Origin: Intoshia linei
Taxonomy: Eukaryota; Animalia; Orthonectida
Reading direction: 5' to 3'
Length of the DNA: 48,811 nucleotides
Assembly: GCA_001642005.1 (NCBI GenBank)
Contig: LWCA01000135.1
Coordinates: 1-48,811, forward strand
The notes beneath the pieces were generated by a model. The model did not search any database and had not been told where the DNA came from. It worked only from the letters and a program-made list of their open reading frames with translations. Each line of letters starts with the position of its first letter. The stretch's first letter is position 1. Shown in pieces: positions 47,707-48,811 of this stretch. The position numbers were made by a program, and so were the translations under genes.

Positions 47707-48811
47707 CAGTGGCGACTCTCCAACTCGGGCTACTCGGGCAAAGCCCGAATTGATATTTTTATATTTTTTGCAAAATTAGAAAAATTTAAAAAAAAATAAA
47801 ATATTTACAGATATTAATATATAATATTAATTCTAGTGTTAAATTTCTTAATAATTGTTAAATTAATTTCTAATTTGTAAATATGAAATGCATATTATGA
47901 ACACAATTATATATGCACAGTCTGAAATTCAAAAAAGATTATTCACTTGACAATCACTTGTAACTTACACTTGTAAGCGAAATATTTGCATAAATGTTTT
48001 TAAATTAAATCAATTTAAATACACATAACTCGGTCACATTTTCATTTGACTAGTAATAAATCTATAGATTAAATTTATATAGCGGTTACATGATGTAATT
48101 TACATCTAAAATTTTATGAGAAATTATTTATATCTTTGTTATGTCAATTTTAAATATCGTTATAAAACATTTGAATCTTCATTTTCTATTTATTATTTTG
48201 ATTTAATTCTTTATATTATTAATTAACAACAATACCAAAAAATTTTAAAGGTTTCAAATTCATTATATTAAGTTAAATTATGTATAGGTTAATTACATGA
48301 ATAACGATATTATTCAAGATTTGAAAGCTAAATCATTCGGACAAAGAAATGTCGCTGTAAAGAAAGCTATTATTTAACGGGGACGACCTATTCCTGATTT
48401 GTTAATCTGTATTAATCGTCGTAAATTTAATATAAAATGGTATGAAAAAATTGACTGGTTGTGTGGAAGCATATCAATTGGTAAGTTATATTGTTGGCCT
48501 TGCTTACTATTTAATTCTAAAGATTGGGTAGATAAGGGTTGTTCAGTTTATAGAGTGAAATATCCACAAATATAAATGCCTCCAAAATTTGGTCAGTAAA
48601 AGTTAAAGTAAAGGTTAGTAATTTTGTTATGAGACATTTTTAAAAATTTAGGTAGAGGAGAAGTATCGTTTGACAATCTGTGTTTTTTTGTGTTTCTGTG
48701 AACTTTAATAAAGTGAATTTTTTTCATAGGAAACTGCAATTGCAATTTATACAACTGAGTGAATTATCAGTTCTCTTGAATTCATTAGGATACATTCATT
48801 ATGTTGTTCAT
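47707..48811 (+). mobile_element. hAT transposon relic with TTF-type zinc-finger (ZMYM1-like) transposase pseudogene, in a BBS1 intron; runs off the window
   Basis: Left TIR-like CAGTGGCGACTC followed by gggctactcgggcaaagcccga. About 48300-48546 translates to DIIQDLKAKSFGQRNVAVKKAII*RGRPIPDL...FNIKWYEKIDWLCGSISIGKLYCWPCLLF..DWVDKG, with an in-frame stop. Confidence 0.78.

Overview
This is very AT-rich animal genomic DNA, not prokaryotic, and it reads with the standard genetic code. I reconstructed four spliced genes by hand from GT-AG junctions with consistent phases. (1) The 3' half of an axonemal inner-arm dynein heavy chain (DNAH6-like, + strand, 34 exons, 5' end outside the window). (2) A complete, compact Nipped-B/NIPBL/Scc2 cohesin loader (- strand, ~1529 aa). 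(3) A complete, highly divergent L1CAM/neuroglian (- strand, ~1353 aa) whose ankyrin-binding motif reads FIGVY rather than FIGQY. (4) The last three exons of a BBS1-like gene (- strand). Introns are bimodal: 35-65 nt minimal introns, or 0.2-3 kb introns packed with transposon debris. The dominant repeat is a non-autonomous Helitron family with about 11 fragments. Its copies carry nested insertions (a 154-bp solo LTR and a pogo/Tigger element), and the matching empty sites are visible in sister copies. hAT MITEs, hAT transposase relics and foldback elements are also present. Motile-cilia genes, a neural CAM, ~37-nt introns and extreme protein divergence suggest a reduced ciliated invertebrate parasite such as an orthonectid (Intoshia-like); this is inference only. 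I found no clearly new multi-gene system. The best leads are the Helitron family, its nested passengers and the reduced or altered motifs in NIPBL and L1CAM.
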